A stretch of 64,000 bases of DNA from an uncultured Chloroflexia bacterium (GTDB lineage Bacteria > Chloroflexota > Limnocylindria > Limnocylindrales > CSP1-4), in assembly GCA_963821595.1 (NCBI GenBank), contig CAWGEL010000026.1, positions 24,134 through 88,133 on the forward strand. Reading direction: 5' to 3'. A model generated the notes under the pieces. It ran no database searches, was not told the DNA's origin, and saw only the letters and a list, made by a program, of their open reading frames with translations. Below, one piece after another: positions 19,601-28,975 of this stretch (its first letter is position 1; each line of letters begins with the position of its first letter). The translations under genes and the position numbers were made by a program.

Positions 19601-20488
19601 TGCCACGAACGCACCGAGCAGGCCCAGCTCGACCGGCACCCCGATGTCGTACAGGCGGGTCGCGGCGAACAGGGCCAGCGAGACGATCGCCAGGCCAACT
19701 GCCACGAGGACGTGGCCGACGATGCCGCGGAGCTTCGAGAAGGCGATCTCCCCGAGCACGAGGAGGCCGGCGCCTGCGATCAGTCCGATCAGGACGCGCA
19801 TCGGCTCGGTGATCCAGCCGCGGCTGAAGGCAAGGCTCAGGAAGAAGGCCGCTCCGAGCAGGAGGGCGATGCCGCCGACGACGGCCAGCAACCGCCCTTC
19901 GAGCCACGCTTCGAGCGCGAGCCGCGATCCGCGCTCACCCGGGCCCGCCGGCGCGAACCCGAGCTGGCGGACGAGGCGCTGGATCAGCCCGGGGCCAGGT
20001 CGCGGGCCGGGCTCCGACGCCGTCCCGGCCGGGGTCGTGGCGTCGGCGGCCAGGGCTGTCGGCCGGAGCGCATCGGCGATCACGGAGCGCGCGGACGCCG
20101 CTCGCAGGGGGTCGTGCCTTGCGCGGGCAGGTGGGGAAGGCGGCGCCGCAGCCGCGACAGGCCGCGAAGCGGCGACCGGGGCGCTGCCGGCCGCGACCGG
20201 GGCGCTGCCGGGCGCAGCAACCTGGGCCGCGGGCACCGGCGTTGTGGGCGCACTCGCGGCCGCGGCGACCAGCGCAGCGACCTCGCCCTGGACGCCGTCG
20301 AGGCGACCCTGCAGCGCGCGGAGCTGTCGCTCCGCCTGGCCCTGTTCGTGCTGGAGGTGACCCAGGTCTTCCTGCAATCGGACGGCCCGGGCATCGATGA
20401 GGCCCTGGCGGATCGCGAGGTTGTCGATCCTCTCCCAGAGGACAAGGGCGAGCACCACCACGATCGCGATCGAGGCGAGGAGTTCCAT
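16691..20488 (-). CDS. DUF2339-like giant polytopic membrane protein
   Basis: 1265 aa. An N-terminal TM helix is followed by a coiled coil (LQEDLGHLQHEQGQAERQLRALQGRLDGVQGEVAAL), an Ala/Pro linker, and dozens of repeated TM segments with recurring FELSGPALVAGW-type motifs. The Arg-rich last ~50 aa may lie beyond the true stop. Confidence 0.8.
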   Translation of the reverse strand: MELLASIAIVVVLALVLWERIDNLAIRQGLIDARAVRLQEDLGHLQHEQGQAERQLRALQGRLDGVQGEVAALVAAAASAPTTPVPAAQVAAPGSAPVAAGSAPVAASRPVAAAAPPSPPARARHDPLRAASARSVIADALRPTALAADATTPAGTASEPGPRPGPGLIQRLVRQLGFAPAGPGERGSRLALEAWLEGRLLAVVGGIALLLGAAFFLSLAFSRGWITEPMRVLIGLIAGAGLLVLGEIAFSKLRGIVGHVLVAVGLAIVSLALFAATRLYDIGVPVELGLLGAFVAAVATAVIAIRHDSQLVAAFGLVAVLAAPPVLGASATFVTLLFVAAALVGTTAIALFRTWTWLPPLAFVLAGPQVAAYVAGGPPLEAGLVAIAGFWLVNAFAAGGEETRHATDRLRSATVTLLLASAAFTLWTGFTILGGSLEPWRGAFLAAMAAAHLALALTFLVRLDDRHPFGLVVAATGVAALTMAVPIQFGGPPVPIAWAAEGVALAWIAVVRRHPYSAGVAAILGTLALGHLVLIEYSPRGLVAGFDRAIPFVGPEGMTFAFVVAALAVTGLIVRIAWIRAGLAVVGGLVAIYVFPFELSGPALVAGWMTLATAGLVLSVRVVGPRLAAASSETGVQALGLPKSLVAPVAEVVSSLRRLVHPAFLATAAVAGVGAIAHLGWFDYPAWMVLAGTPHDTPFVGLPGLSFAIVLAAIACAAALTPIASARIGLAAFGGLVAAYVLPFELSGPALVAGWAALATAAFVIESRVIEGRVGQAVDGSHVAHLLRPAVRAVGALTGFAVLVHLVALDFPIDQLGRQILSPFPYAGPEGVSLAAALAALGAVGLVMGQRWIRLGLAGIGGALLACTVTFEVGAPHVTLAWGALVLASLAVVRRVANVEPLPRDRRPSLETVGERLPFASAGLALLFLVARALIDASPAHFFGHLAGRLSLDGVPFVDPPTYVLAVLAATVLLAGWTWRGVMPRLLGAIAAALAVAWLLPFEVRPGYAVAGWSALALAGLGAVRIVPGARRLLGAASIAMLSFGALVALAVVAPIDRLVVDQRTLVAGWPLLTDATVALGALAVAVGAGALLHRNERLFVPALVTAGVVAVYLLSIAVADQFQLQVGIRPLEELQKGAQVGLSVLWSLLGTAGFAIGLGTHRSPIRLFGLGLLGLATVKVFMVDLAALDVAYRVLSLVALGVLLLLSAAVYSRVQHPHGPGAPGRGDRPAPARPARRRWPAHGRARSCGASAVARLTVMARSAR

Positions 20489-20518
20489 CTCCGTTCCTCC
20501 GGTTCCTGTGGACGGCGC

Positions 20519-21352
20519 CTACAGCGCCTGGATGGTTGTCAGTGATGGCGAACCGCCAGCGGGCGCGCCGACGCGCGCGACGACGTGCGCCGAGGCGCGC
20601 AATGCGCGCGCACGGGGCTCGCGCGCACGGATCTCGCGCGTACGGGGCTCGCGTGCCCGCGGCGCACGAGCGCGAGCCTCCACGGCCTCCGGCCCGGCCT
20701 CCGCCTCGTTGAGGCGGTCGCGGAGCTTGAGGCGAGCCCGACACATGAGGGCGCGCGTCGCGCAGTCGGAGCGGCCGATCGCGGCCGCGATCTCGGCCCC
20801 GGAGAAGCCGGTCGCCGCGAGCACCAGCGCCGTTCGCGCCTCGCCGGGCAGCACCCGGAGCGCGGACGCGAGCTCGGATCGACGCTCGAGGTCCATGACG
20901 ATGGCTTCGGGCGTCACCGGCTGTTCGTGGTGCGCGAGCACATCGGCGAACCGCTGGCCCGTGGCCGCGCGTCGCCCGAGCGAGACCGCGAGGTTCGCGA
21001 TGACCCGGTGCAGCCAGGCCCGGACGTTGTCGGGCGTGCGGTCGGCGGCGATCTCGCGGACGAGCCGCAGGAAGGCTTCCTGGACCAGGTCCTCGGCCGT
21101 CTCCGGGTTTCGGCAGGCGCGCATGGCGGCGCGATAGAGCTCCGCGTGGTGCTGCTCGTACGTCCGCGTCGTGAGGTCGCGGGCCTGTCTGTCCGCCGGG
21201 CCGGAGGGATCGTGACGCGAGAGCGAGTCACCGGGGCCGCGCTGCGCAGGCAGGTCCGCGGGATCCCCGGCGCTCCCCCACCCGCCGGGCATGAGGGCCG
21301 GCACAGGAACGTCGGACCAGCTGAGCTGAGCGATGCGAGGACTGGCCAGCAT
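20519..21352 (-). CDS. ECF-type RNA polymerase sigma-70 family factor with N- and C-terminal extensions
   Basis: Region 2 (ELYRAAMRACRNPETAEDLVQEAFLRLV...WLHRVIANLAVS) and region 4 (LRVLPGEARTALVLAATGFSGAEIAAAIGRSDCATRALMCRARLKLR). Start uncertain, since about 60 aa precede region 2. Confidence 0.85.
   Translation of the reverse strand: MLASPRIAQLSWSDVPVPALMPGGWGSAGDPADLPAQRGPGDSLSRHDPSGPADRQARDLTTRTYEQHHAELYRAAMRACRNPETAEDLVQEAFLRLVREIAADRTPDNVRAWLHRVIANLAVSLGRRAATGQRFADVLAHHEQPVTPEAIVMDLERRSELASALRVLPGEARTALVLAATGFSGAEIAAAIGRSDCATRALMCRARLKLRDRLNEAEAGPEAVEARARAPRAREPRTREIRAREPRARALRASAHVVARVGAPAGGSPSLTTIQAL
20606..20665. repeat. 15-bp in-frame tandem repeat (about 4 units) in the sigma-factor 3' end
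   Basis: GCGCGCACGGGGCTC / GCGCGCACGGATCTC / GCGCGTACGGGGCTC / degenerate fourth unit. It encodes the ...PRAREPRTREIRAREPRA... tail. Confidence 0.8.
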
Positions 21353-21445
21353 GGCGGTCGCTCTTCGTGCGGGGTGTTGATGCCGCCACCATGAACGGCG
21401 ACCACCCCGGAGCGACTACGGCCAGACTGCGGTGATCCTGCGGTG

Positions 21446-23453
21446 TCAGAGACCCAGGCGCGCCAGGCCGGCAGCGGCAGGCGGGCAACCTTCGGGAGAC
21501 CGCTGGATCGCCTCCCGGAAGGCTGCGGCCGCCGACATGCGGTCCCCGGCGGATTCGTAGCGCTCGCCGATGCCGACCATGAGATCCGCGAACCGATCAC
21601 GCAGGAGCGCTCGACACTCCTCCACGAACGCGCTGTCGCCGTAGTAGGGACAGTCGTCCAGGTACTCGCCGCGGTAGAGCCGGCGGGCCTCCTCGAGGAT
21701 CCGGAGCTGGCCGGATCGATCGCTCGCCGCCGCCGTGTCCAGCGCCGCCAGGAACGCGTCCACGTCGGACCAGGCGACGATCGACGAGCCGAGCCGGTAC
21801 CGGTCGTTGGCGAAGCGGACCGCGGCCCCGATGCCGCCCCGGTGATCCGGGTCCAGGGTCGACCGCAGCCCGCCCATCGTCCGGTGGAACGCGAGATCGG
21901 CACGTTCGAGGTCCGTGTCGGGCCAGATGAGCTCGAGGACTTCGTCCTTGGCGACGCCCCGCTCGCCGCGGTCGTAGAGGAACGCGAACAGCCCCTGCGC
22001 CTGGCGGCTCCCGGCCTTGTCCCCACCCCAGTGCTCGATTCGCGCCCCTCCGCGCTCCACCCGCATGGGGCCCAGCGCGAAGACGCGCACGCCGGGCGGC
22101 GCATCCGCGTGCTCGGCAAGGGCCGCGTGCAGGACCTCCGCCTGCGACTCGACGTCGGCGCGCGCCTCGGCGAGGCTGGTGAGCTCGCTCGTCTGCTCGT
22201 CCTCGCGGCGCCCGGTTCGGAGGGCACCGGCCACGTACGCCGCCGACAGGTCCAGCAGCTCCAGGTCGCGGGCGCGCAGGGGGGCGCCGCTCCTCGTGTC
22301 GCCGACGCGCAGCTCGCCGACCGGCTCCCCGCCCGCGATCAGCGGGATCGGCCTTCCCGTGCCCGGCGCCGGCGCGGTCCCTTCGGACGCGACCAGCGAT
22401 CCATCGGCGGCCACGACCGTGATTCCGGTCACGTCGATCGCCCGCACGAGGCGGGCCAGGGCCGGGTGCACGCCGGCCGCGGCCGGCCGCGCCGTCAGGG
22501 CAGGCTCGCCGAGGGCCCGAAGCAGCCGATCGCGGGCGATCGCGCGCGAGCCGCCGCCCGTGAGCAGGCCGCCGAGGCGGGCGCCGACCGGCGCGTAGAG
22601 CGCAGCCACGACGACGAGTCCAAGCGCCGGGAAGAACGGCACGTCCAGGCCGACCGCGTTCCTGCTCGCGGCTTCGATGGCGGCAAGCACGGCCACGACG
22701 GCGATCATCAGGAGGCCTCCGGCAAGCGACGCGCGGAACGCGCGGGCCGCGACCGCCTGGCCGAAGAAGATGCCCGCGGCGAAGACCGAATACGTGGCGC
22801 ACACCACGGCGAGCGTGATGAACGACGTCCCGATCCATCGATCGGCGTCGCCGACCACCGGCAGGAAGCGCAGGCTCGCGCCGATGGCGGCAGCTCCCAC
22901 GGTCAGCCAGCGCGACCCGGAGCTGTCGCCGGCGGAGCGGCCCGGGGTCCACGGCGCGCATGGCCAGCAGCAGCCAGCCGGCAGCAAGCGCCAGCGCCGC
23001 GAGACGCGCGGCCACCCAGGCCCAGCCGAGGACGGCGCCGCCGATCGGGCCCATGGCGAACTGCGGTGCCTCGATGGAGATCGGCGTCGAAGGATCGACG
23101 ATGCCCGGCAGGGCGAACGCGACGAGCACGACATACGTGACCGCCGTCACGGCCAGCTGCCGGCGGGACGGGCGCCCGTCCGCCGCGATGACCAGCGCGA
23201 AGTGGGCGATGCCGCCCAGACCCAGCGCCGCCATCAGCTCCTCGAGGGAACGGGCCGGGGCCAGCACGTCGGCCGACGTCGTCAGGCGCTGGACCACGAT
23301 GGCGCTGCTCCACGTGGCGAGCTCGAGCGCGAGCACGGTGAAGACGCGCGCGGCGGGTGAGCGCGAGCGCACCGCGACGGTCAGGCCCAGCCACAGTCCG
23401 AGGACGGCGGACACGGCCTGCGCGATGACCTCGAGCTGGGCCGGGATGCTCAT
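21446..23453 (-). pseudogene. membrane-anchored SARP/BTAD-family transcriptional regulator (TM region + GAF-like + OmpR-type wHTH + BTAD), frame broken near 22910
   Basis: N-terminal TM helices are in ORF 21597-23504 (MSIPAQLEVIAQAV... to ...DPGPLRRRQ). The rest is in ORF 21446-23134 (WLTVGAAAIGASLRFL... VRVFALGPMRVERGG...LFAFLYDRGERGVAKDEVLELIWPD...EEARRLYRGEYLDD). ATG at 23453 lies 7 nt after GGAGG. Confidence 0.8.
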
Positions 23454-23692
23454 CGCCGCCCCTCCGAGCCGGACCGCTACGCGCCTGGCGACACCAGCTG
23501 CCACGGCGACGATGCGAACGGAGCGAACCCTGAGGTGCCTGGGCTCCGCGGACGGTCACGATTGGGCGGCGGACGTCGCGCCAAGACGGTACGCCGTTTC
23601 GAACCCCGCCGGATGATCGATTTCGAGCGCGGCGCGGGCGCGCTCGGGCGGCTCGGCGCGCGCGGCTCCCGCGAATCGGAGAGTCGTGCCCG

Positions 23693-24850
23693 TCAGGTCG
23701 CCTGCCAGGCGACCTCGCGCACGGCAGTATCGGCCGCGAGGAAGCCGAGCAGCGCATGCCCTTCGGCGGCGACCGCCTCCCGGTCGACGGCCGCGAGCGG
23801 CCGCATCGGCTCGAGCTCCAGCACCGATCGCGCCCGATCGGAGCGGTGGCGCCATGCACCGGCCAGGAAGCCGTCGACGAAGAACGTGCCCCTGCGGGCG
23901 AACGCCGCGCCCCACGACAGGTCGCCGGTGATCCGCGATCGGTCGGCGTGCGACAGGAAGGCGTTGTCGTACTCCGGGAGGAAGCGAACCGGTGCCGGCA
24001 CGTCGGGATCGGCGAACCGGCCGTCCGCCACGTCGAGCAGCTCGCGGCCCTTCTCGTCGCGATACGTTCGAAGGCGAGGACGCAGGCGATCGATCACCTC
24101 GCGCAGCCCGCCGAGCCATGACCAGGTGCGGATGTCCGCCACGGTCGCCGGCCCGAACGAGCGCAGGTACCGGAGCACGGCTTCGTCGGGCGCGGCTTCG
24201 TCGGGCGCGGCTTCGTCGGGCGCGGCTTCGTCGGGCGCGGCGTCCCGGTCGGGGGCCGTTCCCAGCCATGCAGAGAGGGTGGTCACCCGGGGTGCCGCGC
24301 TGCGACCCCAGACGCCGCGGGGCGTGACCTGGACCAGCGGCACGAGGTAGCGGACCGCATACGCGAGCGAGCCCGGGTCGCGCTCCGGCCAGCGCTCGGC
24401 AAGCAGGCGGCCGAGCTCGCTGGTCGTGCGCGGCCGCTCCTCGACGAGCCTGGCCCCGAGCGCCAGCAGCTCCTCAAGGTCGATGCCCTCCAGGCGGGGG
24501 CGGAACGGGCTCGACGCGAACCCGCGCTCCACCACGGGCTGCATGACCAGCCGCAGGGCGAGCGCATCGCGAGCCGTGACCAGATGGAGGGTCGTGCGCA
24601 TCAGCGTCATGCGGACGACCGCCCGCCCGAGCATGAGCCGGCCCAGGACCTCCGGGTCGAAGGCTCGAAGGCGCGACCAGAGGGCAACGTACGGATCCGT
24701 CGGGACCTGGGCCTGGAGGCCCACCAGGTGCTCGATCGCATCCGGCGCCGGCAACTCGACCCGCTCCAGGAGGAGCTGGCGGGCCAGGAACGCACGGTTG
24801 AGCGTCCGCCGGTCCAGCAGCGCGCCCTCGGCGGGGCCGGTCACGGGCAT
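23693..24850 (-). CDS. winged-helix DNA-binding domain protein (YcaQ/DUF1006-like)
   Basis: LNRAFLARQLLLERVELPAPDAIEHLVGLQAQVPTDPYVALWSRL ... VRFLPEYDNAFLSHADRSRI is the typical YcaQ-family pattern. Start at the ATG at 24850; the upstream part of ORF 23693-25294 is Arg-rich junk. Confidence 0.85.
   Translation of the reverse strand: MPVTGPAEGALLDRRTLNRAFLARQLLLERVELPAPDAIEHLVGLQAQVPTDPYVALWSRLRAFDPEVLGRLMLGRAVVRMTLMRTTLHLVTARDALALRLVMQPVVERGFASSPFRPRLEGIDLEELLALGARLVEERPRTTSELGRLLAERWPERDPGSLAYAVRYLVPLVQVTPRGVWGRSAAPRVTTLSAWLGTAPDRDAAPDEAAPDEAAPDEAAPDEAVLRYLRSFGPATVADIRTWSWLGGLREVIDRLRPRLRTYRDEKGRELLDVADGRFADPDVPAPVRFLPEYDNAFLSHADRSRITGDLSWGAAFARRGTFFVDGFLAGAWRHRSDRARSVLELEPMRPLAAVDREAVAAEGHALLGFLAADTAVREVAWQAT
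24178..24240. repeat. 15-bp in-frame tandem repeat x4 inside the YcaQ-like gene
   Basis: CGGCTTCGTCGGGCG x4 (perfect) on the + strand, encoding (AAPDE)4. Confidence 0.9.
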
Positions 24851-24884
24851 GCGCGGCCCCGCCGCCCCTGCAGCAGCGGCCCCA

Positions 24885-25589
24885 TCAGGCGAGGATCGCG
24901 CGGGCGATGGCGCCGATCTCGGGCCCGACCTGGGCGGCCACCGCTCCATCCGGCCGCCAGACGCCGGAGCCGCCGGCGGCGTGCGAGTAGCCACCGCCGG
25001 TGCCGCCGGCGAAGCTCGCCATCGCCACCCAGACGTGGTGATCGCCGGCGATGCGCCGGGCGCGCTCGCCCGGGATGGCGGCGTCCTCGGCGAACTCCAG
25101 GACGCCCGCCACGTACGCGTCGATGCCCAGCGCCGCGGTCTCGGACGCATGCTGTGCGATCCCCGTGTCCTTGCAGATGGCCAGGCCCAGGCGCCAGCCT
25201 TGGACCTCGAGGACCTCCGGCGTGCCGCCCGGCGCGAACCGGTCCGCCTCCGCGGCGCCCAGCCACATCTTGCGGTACGCCACCGCCGCGCCACGGCCGT
25301 CGACGGCGAGCATCGCGATGTGCGATCGGCCGTCCTCCCCGGCGACCGGCGCGCCGACCAGCGCCAGCGACGCGGTCTCGGCGCACGCCTCGACGATGGG
25401 CAGCAGGCGGGGATCGTCGGTCGCGATCGTCGGTGCGTCGAGCTCGTAGCCGGTCAGGGAGAGCTCGGGAAAGACCACCACCCGCGCACCCGCGGCGCGG
25501 ACGGTCGCCGCGTGCGTCTCCGCGTTCTCCGCGACGTCGTACGGCACGCACCGCGGCTGGGCGGCGGCCATGGCGAGCGGCTCACGCAT
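24885..25589 (-). CDS. carbon-nitrogen hydrolase (nitrilase superfamily) protein
   Basis: Glu-Lys-Cys triad context: VVVFPELSLTGY, AYRKMWL, LGLAICKD. GGGAGA lies upstream of the ATG at 25589. Confidence 0.85.
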   Translation of the reverse strand: MREPLAMAAAQPRCVPYDVAENAETHAATVRAAGARVVVFPELSLTGYELDAPTIATDDPRLLPIVEACAETASLALVGAPVAGEDGRSHIAMLAVDGRGAAVAYRKMWLGAAEADRFAPGGTPEVLEVQGWRLGLAICKDTGIAQHASETAALGIDAYVAGVLEFAEDAAIPGERARRIAGDHHVWVAMASFAGGTGGGYSHAAGGSGVWRPDGAVAAQVGPEIGAIARAILA

Positions 25590-25641
25590 GCCCTGGTCTC
25601 CCGATGCTTGCGCCGGTGGCGCGGCCCGGCGCGGTGCCTCC

Positions 25642-27333
25642 CTACGCCGCGGTCGTCGCGCCCTCGGCGTCGGGGGCGAATTCGTCCAGGTCCGCGTCGG
25701 CGCCCGTCGCCGCGCCGATCTCCGTCGCCACCGAGTGGCGGGTCGTCCGGAGCGGGATCTCGCGCAGGAAGAAGGACGTGACGAAGGCGATCGCGATCAG
25801 CACCGCGCCGATGACGAACACCTCCGTGACCGCCGACGAGACGGCCTCCCGCAGGATCGAGGTCACCTGGGCCGCGACCTGCGGGGCCTGCGCGCCGAGG
25901 CCCGACAGCTGCGCGCTCAGGGCCTGCTGCGACGCCGGATCCATGAGCACCTGCGGGTTCGCCGCGATCCCGCCCAGCTTGGCGGCGATCGGAGCCGGCA
26001 GCGAGGCGATGCCGACGCCGAGCTCGCTGGCCATGCGATTCGTCATGATCGAGCCGAGGAGGGCCACGCCCACGACGCCGCCGATCGAGCGGAAGAAGGC
26101 GAGCGACGCCGTCACCACGCCGAGGCGTTCGATCGGGAACGCGTTCTGGACGACGATCGTGAACAGGGCCATCGACGTCCCCAGGCCGATACCCAGGACC
26201 ACCATGTCGAACACGAGCGTGCCGTGGCTCGTCGCCGGCGTCATCTGGCCGAGGAGGAACATGCCGGCCGTGGTGATGGCGGTCCCGACGATCGCCAGGA
26301 TCTTGTAACGCCCGGTCCGGCTGAGGAACAGGCCGCTGGCGATGCTCACGACGATGAGGCCCAGCATCATCGGGGTGAGCACGAACCCGCTGCTCGTGGC
26401 CGTGTCGCCGAGGACGAGCTGGACGAAGAGCGGGATGTAGAGGATCGCGCCGAACATGCCCATGCTGGTCAGGAACGTGATGACCGCCGAGGCCGTGAAG
26501 ATGCGGTTCTGGAACAGGTCGAGCGGGATCGTCGGCGCCTGGGCCCGGCGCTCGACCAGGAGGAACGCCGTCCCGAACACCACGGCGGCGGCGAGGAGCC
26601 CCAGGATCTGCGGGCTGTCCCAGGCGTAGGTCGAGCCGCCCCAGGAGAGCGCGAGCAGCAGCGGCACGACGCCCGCGATCAGCGCGCCCGAACCGAGCCA
26701 GTCGATCGTCGCCCGCTTGTGGAGTGCCGTGTGGCTGGGCAGGACCGCGAACACGACGGCCATCGCGATGATCGCGAACGGGACGTTGACGTAGAAGACC
26801 CAGCGCCAGCTCAGGTTGTCAGTGATCCACCCGCCCAGGGTTGGACCGACGATCGTCGCCACGCCGAAGACGGCCATCAGCAGGCCCTGGTACTTGCCCC
26901 GCTCGGCGGGCGTGAAGATGTCGCCGATGATCGCCTGGGCGATCGGCATCATCATGCCGGCCCCGATGCCCTGGACCGCCCGGAAGGCGATGAGCATGGT
27001 CATCGACTGGGAGAGGCCGGACAGCATCGAGCCGGCGAGGAAGGTCGCGATTCCCCCGAGGAACAGCCATTTCCGGCCGAAGATGTCGGACAGCTTGCCG
27101 AAGATCGGCACGCCGGCCGTGGAAGCGACGAGATAGCCCGTGATCACCCAGCTGTAGTGGTCGAGGCCGTTGAGCTCACCCACGATCTTGGGCATGGCCG
27201 TGCCCACGATCGTCTGGTCGAGGGCGCTGAGCAGCATGCCCAGCATCACCGCCCCGAGGGTGGCGAACTGCGCGCGGCGGTTGATGTGGATGAGGCCGTC
27301 GTCGATCGGGACGGCGGTCGCGGCGGTGGTCAC
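25642..27333 (-). CDS. DHA2-family MFS efflux transporter (EmrB/QacA-like, 14 TMS)
   Basis: LGMLLSALDQTIVGTAMPKIVGELNG, GKLSDIFGRKWLFL and many TM segments. The GTG start at 27333 overlaps the MarR stop (GTGA). Confidence 0.9.
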   Translation of the reverse strand: MTTAATAVPIDDGLIHINRRAQFATLGAVMLGMLLSALDQTIVGTAMPKIVGELNGLDHYSWVITGYLVASTAGVPIFGKLSDIFGRKWLFLGGIATFLAGSMLSGLSQSMTMLIAFRAVQGIGAGMMMPIAQAIIGDIFTPAERGKYQGLLMAVFGVATIVGPTLGGWITDNLSWRWVFYVNVPFAIIAMAVVFAVLPSHTALHKRATIDWLGSGALIAGVVPLLLALSWGGSTYAWDSPQILGLLAAAVVFGTAFLLVERRAQAPTIPLDLFQNRIFTASAVITFLTSMGMFGAILYIPLFVQLVLGDTATSSGFVLTPMMLGLIVVSIASGLFLSRTGRYKILAIVGTAITTAGMFLLGQMTPATSHGTLVFDMVVLGIGLGTSMALFTIVVQNAFPIERLGVVTASLAFFRSIGGVVGVALLGSIMTNRMASELGVGIASLPAPIAAKLGGIAANPQVLMDPASQQALSAQLSGLGAQAPQVAAQVTSILREAVSSAVTEVFVIGAVLIAIAFVTSFFLREIPLRTTRHSVATEIGAATGADADLDEFAPDAEGATTAA

Positions 27334-27794
27334 GATGCGGTTCCTTCGATGCGTTCGAGGATCCGGCGGAGCAGACGATCCAGGTCGCCGAGCTCGTCGG
27401 GGCCCAGGACGCCGAAGAACCGGCGGATGGCTTCGACGCGGACGCCCTGGATGTCGATGATCAGCGCGTGACCCGCGTCGGTGAGGTCGACGTCCACGAT
27501 CCGGCGGTCGTCGGCCCGGTGGCGGCGCTCGACCAGGCCGTGGCGTTCGAGCCGCTCGATGGTCCCGGTCACCGACGGCAGGCTCGTGCCGAGCCACTCG
27601 CCGATGCCGCTCATCGACGTCGGGCCGTGCTTGGAAAGCTTGAAGAGCAGGCGCAGCTGGCCGAACGTCAGCTCGCCGGCGATCCAGTCCGGCATCTCGG
27701 GCCGGAACGCCTTCATGAGCTCCGTCGCGTGGGCCAGGACGTCCTCGAGCGTGCTGGAGGCCGTTGCGCCTTCGAGCGCTGATGCTTTATTCAT
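27330..27794 (-). CDS. MarR family transcriptional regulator
   Basis: LTFGQLRLLFKLSKHGPTSMSGIGEWLGTSLPSVTGTIERLERHGLVERRHRADDRRIVDVDLT is a MarR wHTH. Start taken at ATG 27794, because the track's TTG at 27830 is itself a TTGACA -35-like hexamer. Confidence 0.85.
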   Translation of the reverse strand: MNKASALEGATASSTLEDVLAHATELMKAFRPEMPDWIAGELTFGQLRLLFKLSKHGPTSMSGIGEWLGTSLPSVTGTIERLERHGLVERRHRADDRRIVDVDLTDAGHALIIDIQGVRVEAIRRFFGVLGPDELGDLDRLLRRILERIEGTAS

Positions 27795-27830
27795 ACGCGA
27801 ACTATCTATCACATGACGAATGGTTGTCAA
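27795..27830 (-). promoter_or_regulatory. candidate promoter of the marR-MFS operon (short or no leader)
   Basis: The minus strand reads TTGACA-N18-GATAGT-N6-ATG (or TTGACA-N16-TAGATA). This is one of the few AT-richer patches in the window. Confidence 0.4.
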
Positions 27831-27920
27831 GTCGGCGAAGTGTTGGGCTCGGAAGCGCGGCGAAGCCCCAGGAACAGCCGCGACGACGACGCCGCCCTCG
27901 CCGCGCCCGCGCGCGATTCG

Positions 27921-28550
27921 TCAGATCCCGACCGGCTCGCGCACGAGCACGACGGTGGTTCGCCCGGCCCGCCATTCGCCGTAGATCACGAGGACCTTCT
28001 CGAGGATCGTGTCGACGCCCATGCGCGCCCGGACCTGCTCGTTCTCCCACGGGAAGACGACGTCGCGAATCCGCCGCAGGGCGGCGTCGAGGTCGGGCAC
28101 GATCTTCTGGCTGCCGACGACCAGGATCAGGCGACCCGCGCCGGCCGCGTACGCGCCGAGCTGGCTGCCGGTCGCCGACGCGACGACCAGCGCACCGTCC
28201 TGCGTGATCGCAGCGACGCTGCCGAGCTCGAAGTCCGGCGCCGCCACCATCTTGCGGATCTCCCGGCCCTGGGTCGCGCGGTCCATCCTGAACATGCGCG
28301 GCCGCAGCGCGTCGTAGCGGCCCGATTCCATGAGCTCGCCGAACAGACCGACCTCCTCGAGCGTCCTCGACTTGCCGGAGTGCACCTCGGCGCCCTCGGG
28401 GATCATGCCCAGGACCAGGCGCCGCGCATCCTCGCCGGTCTCGACGACGATGGCCTCGATCCTGGTGGCGCGGAGCGCGGCGGCGACCCGCTCGACCGGA
28501 TCCTCGGCGGCCCCGCCCTGAGCGACGGGCGCGTTGTCCAGCGTCGTCAT
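27921..28550 (-). CDS. LUD domain-containing protein (LutC/YkgG-like)
   Basis: 209 aa. IEAIVVETGEDARRLVLGMIPEGAEVHSGKSRTLEEVGL ... AITQDGALVVASATGSQL resembles the LUD fold pattern. Its ATG overlaps the upstream stop (ATGA). Confidence 0.8.
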   Translation of the reverse strand: MTTLDNAPVAQGGAAEDPVERVAAALRATRIEAIVVETGEDARRLVLGMIPEGAEVHSGKSRTLEEVGLFGELMESGRYDALRPRMFRMDRATQGREIRKMVAAPDFELGSVAAITQDGALVVASATGSQLGAYAAGAGRLILVVGSQKIVPDLDAALRRIRDVVFPWENEQVRARMGVDTILEKVLVIYGEWRAGRTTVVLVREPVGI

Positions 28551-28975
28551 AGCGGCAGGACCGCGGCCAGGACGCCGACGACCACGCCGATCGCGAGGCT
28601 GCCGAGACCGATCTGGATCGAACGGCCCCGATCGCGCCGCCGCGCTTCGGCGTCTTCCACGCTCTGGGTCTCGCCAAGGGGCCCGAAGTTGAACACGCCG
28701 CGCGACCCGAAACCGGCGCAGAACCGGAGGGCGGCCTGGAGGTAGCCGGAGGCGGCGGCGGCCGCGGGCAGCCCCACGATGAGGCGCGCCAGCGGCGGCG
28801 CACCGGTCACCACGAGGGCGGCCAGCACGACGAGCGTCGCGATGAGGCCGACGTGGCCGGCCCGGCGGCGGCGGGCGATCTCGGCCGGGCCGATGTTGCA
28901 GGCGCCGGGCCGGTAGTCGGACCGGGTTGCCAGCGAGCGCGGCCCTCCGGCCGCGGCGAACCTCGACTGGGTCAT
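28547..28975 (-). CDS. hypothetical membrane protein (3 TM)
   Basis: MTQSRF...CNIGPAEIARRRRAGHVGLIATLVVLAALVV.... AAGGAG lies 6 nt upstream of the ATG at 28975. ATGA overlaps with both neighbours. Confidence 0.65.
   Translation of the reverse strand: MTQSRFAAAGGPRSLATRSDYRPGACNIGPAEIARRRRAGHVGLIATLVVLAALVVTGAPPLARLIVGLPAAAAASGYLQAALRFCAGFGSRGVFNFGPLGETQSVEDAEARRRDRGRSIQIGLGSLAIGVVVGVLAAVLPL

Noticed and set aside
17003-20545. 1180-aa plus-strand ORF and 1033-aa minus-strand ORF (16806-19907) overlapping the DUF2339 gene
   Set aside because: Both are Arg/Gly/Asp/Pro-rich shadow frames. Only the 16691-20488 frame gives regular TM helices.
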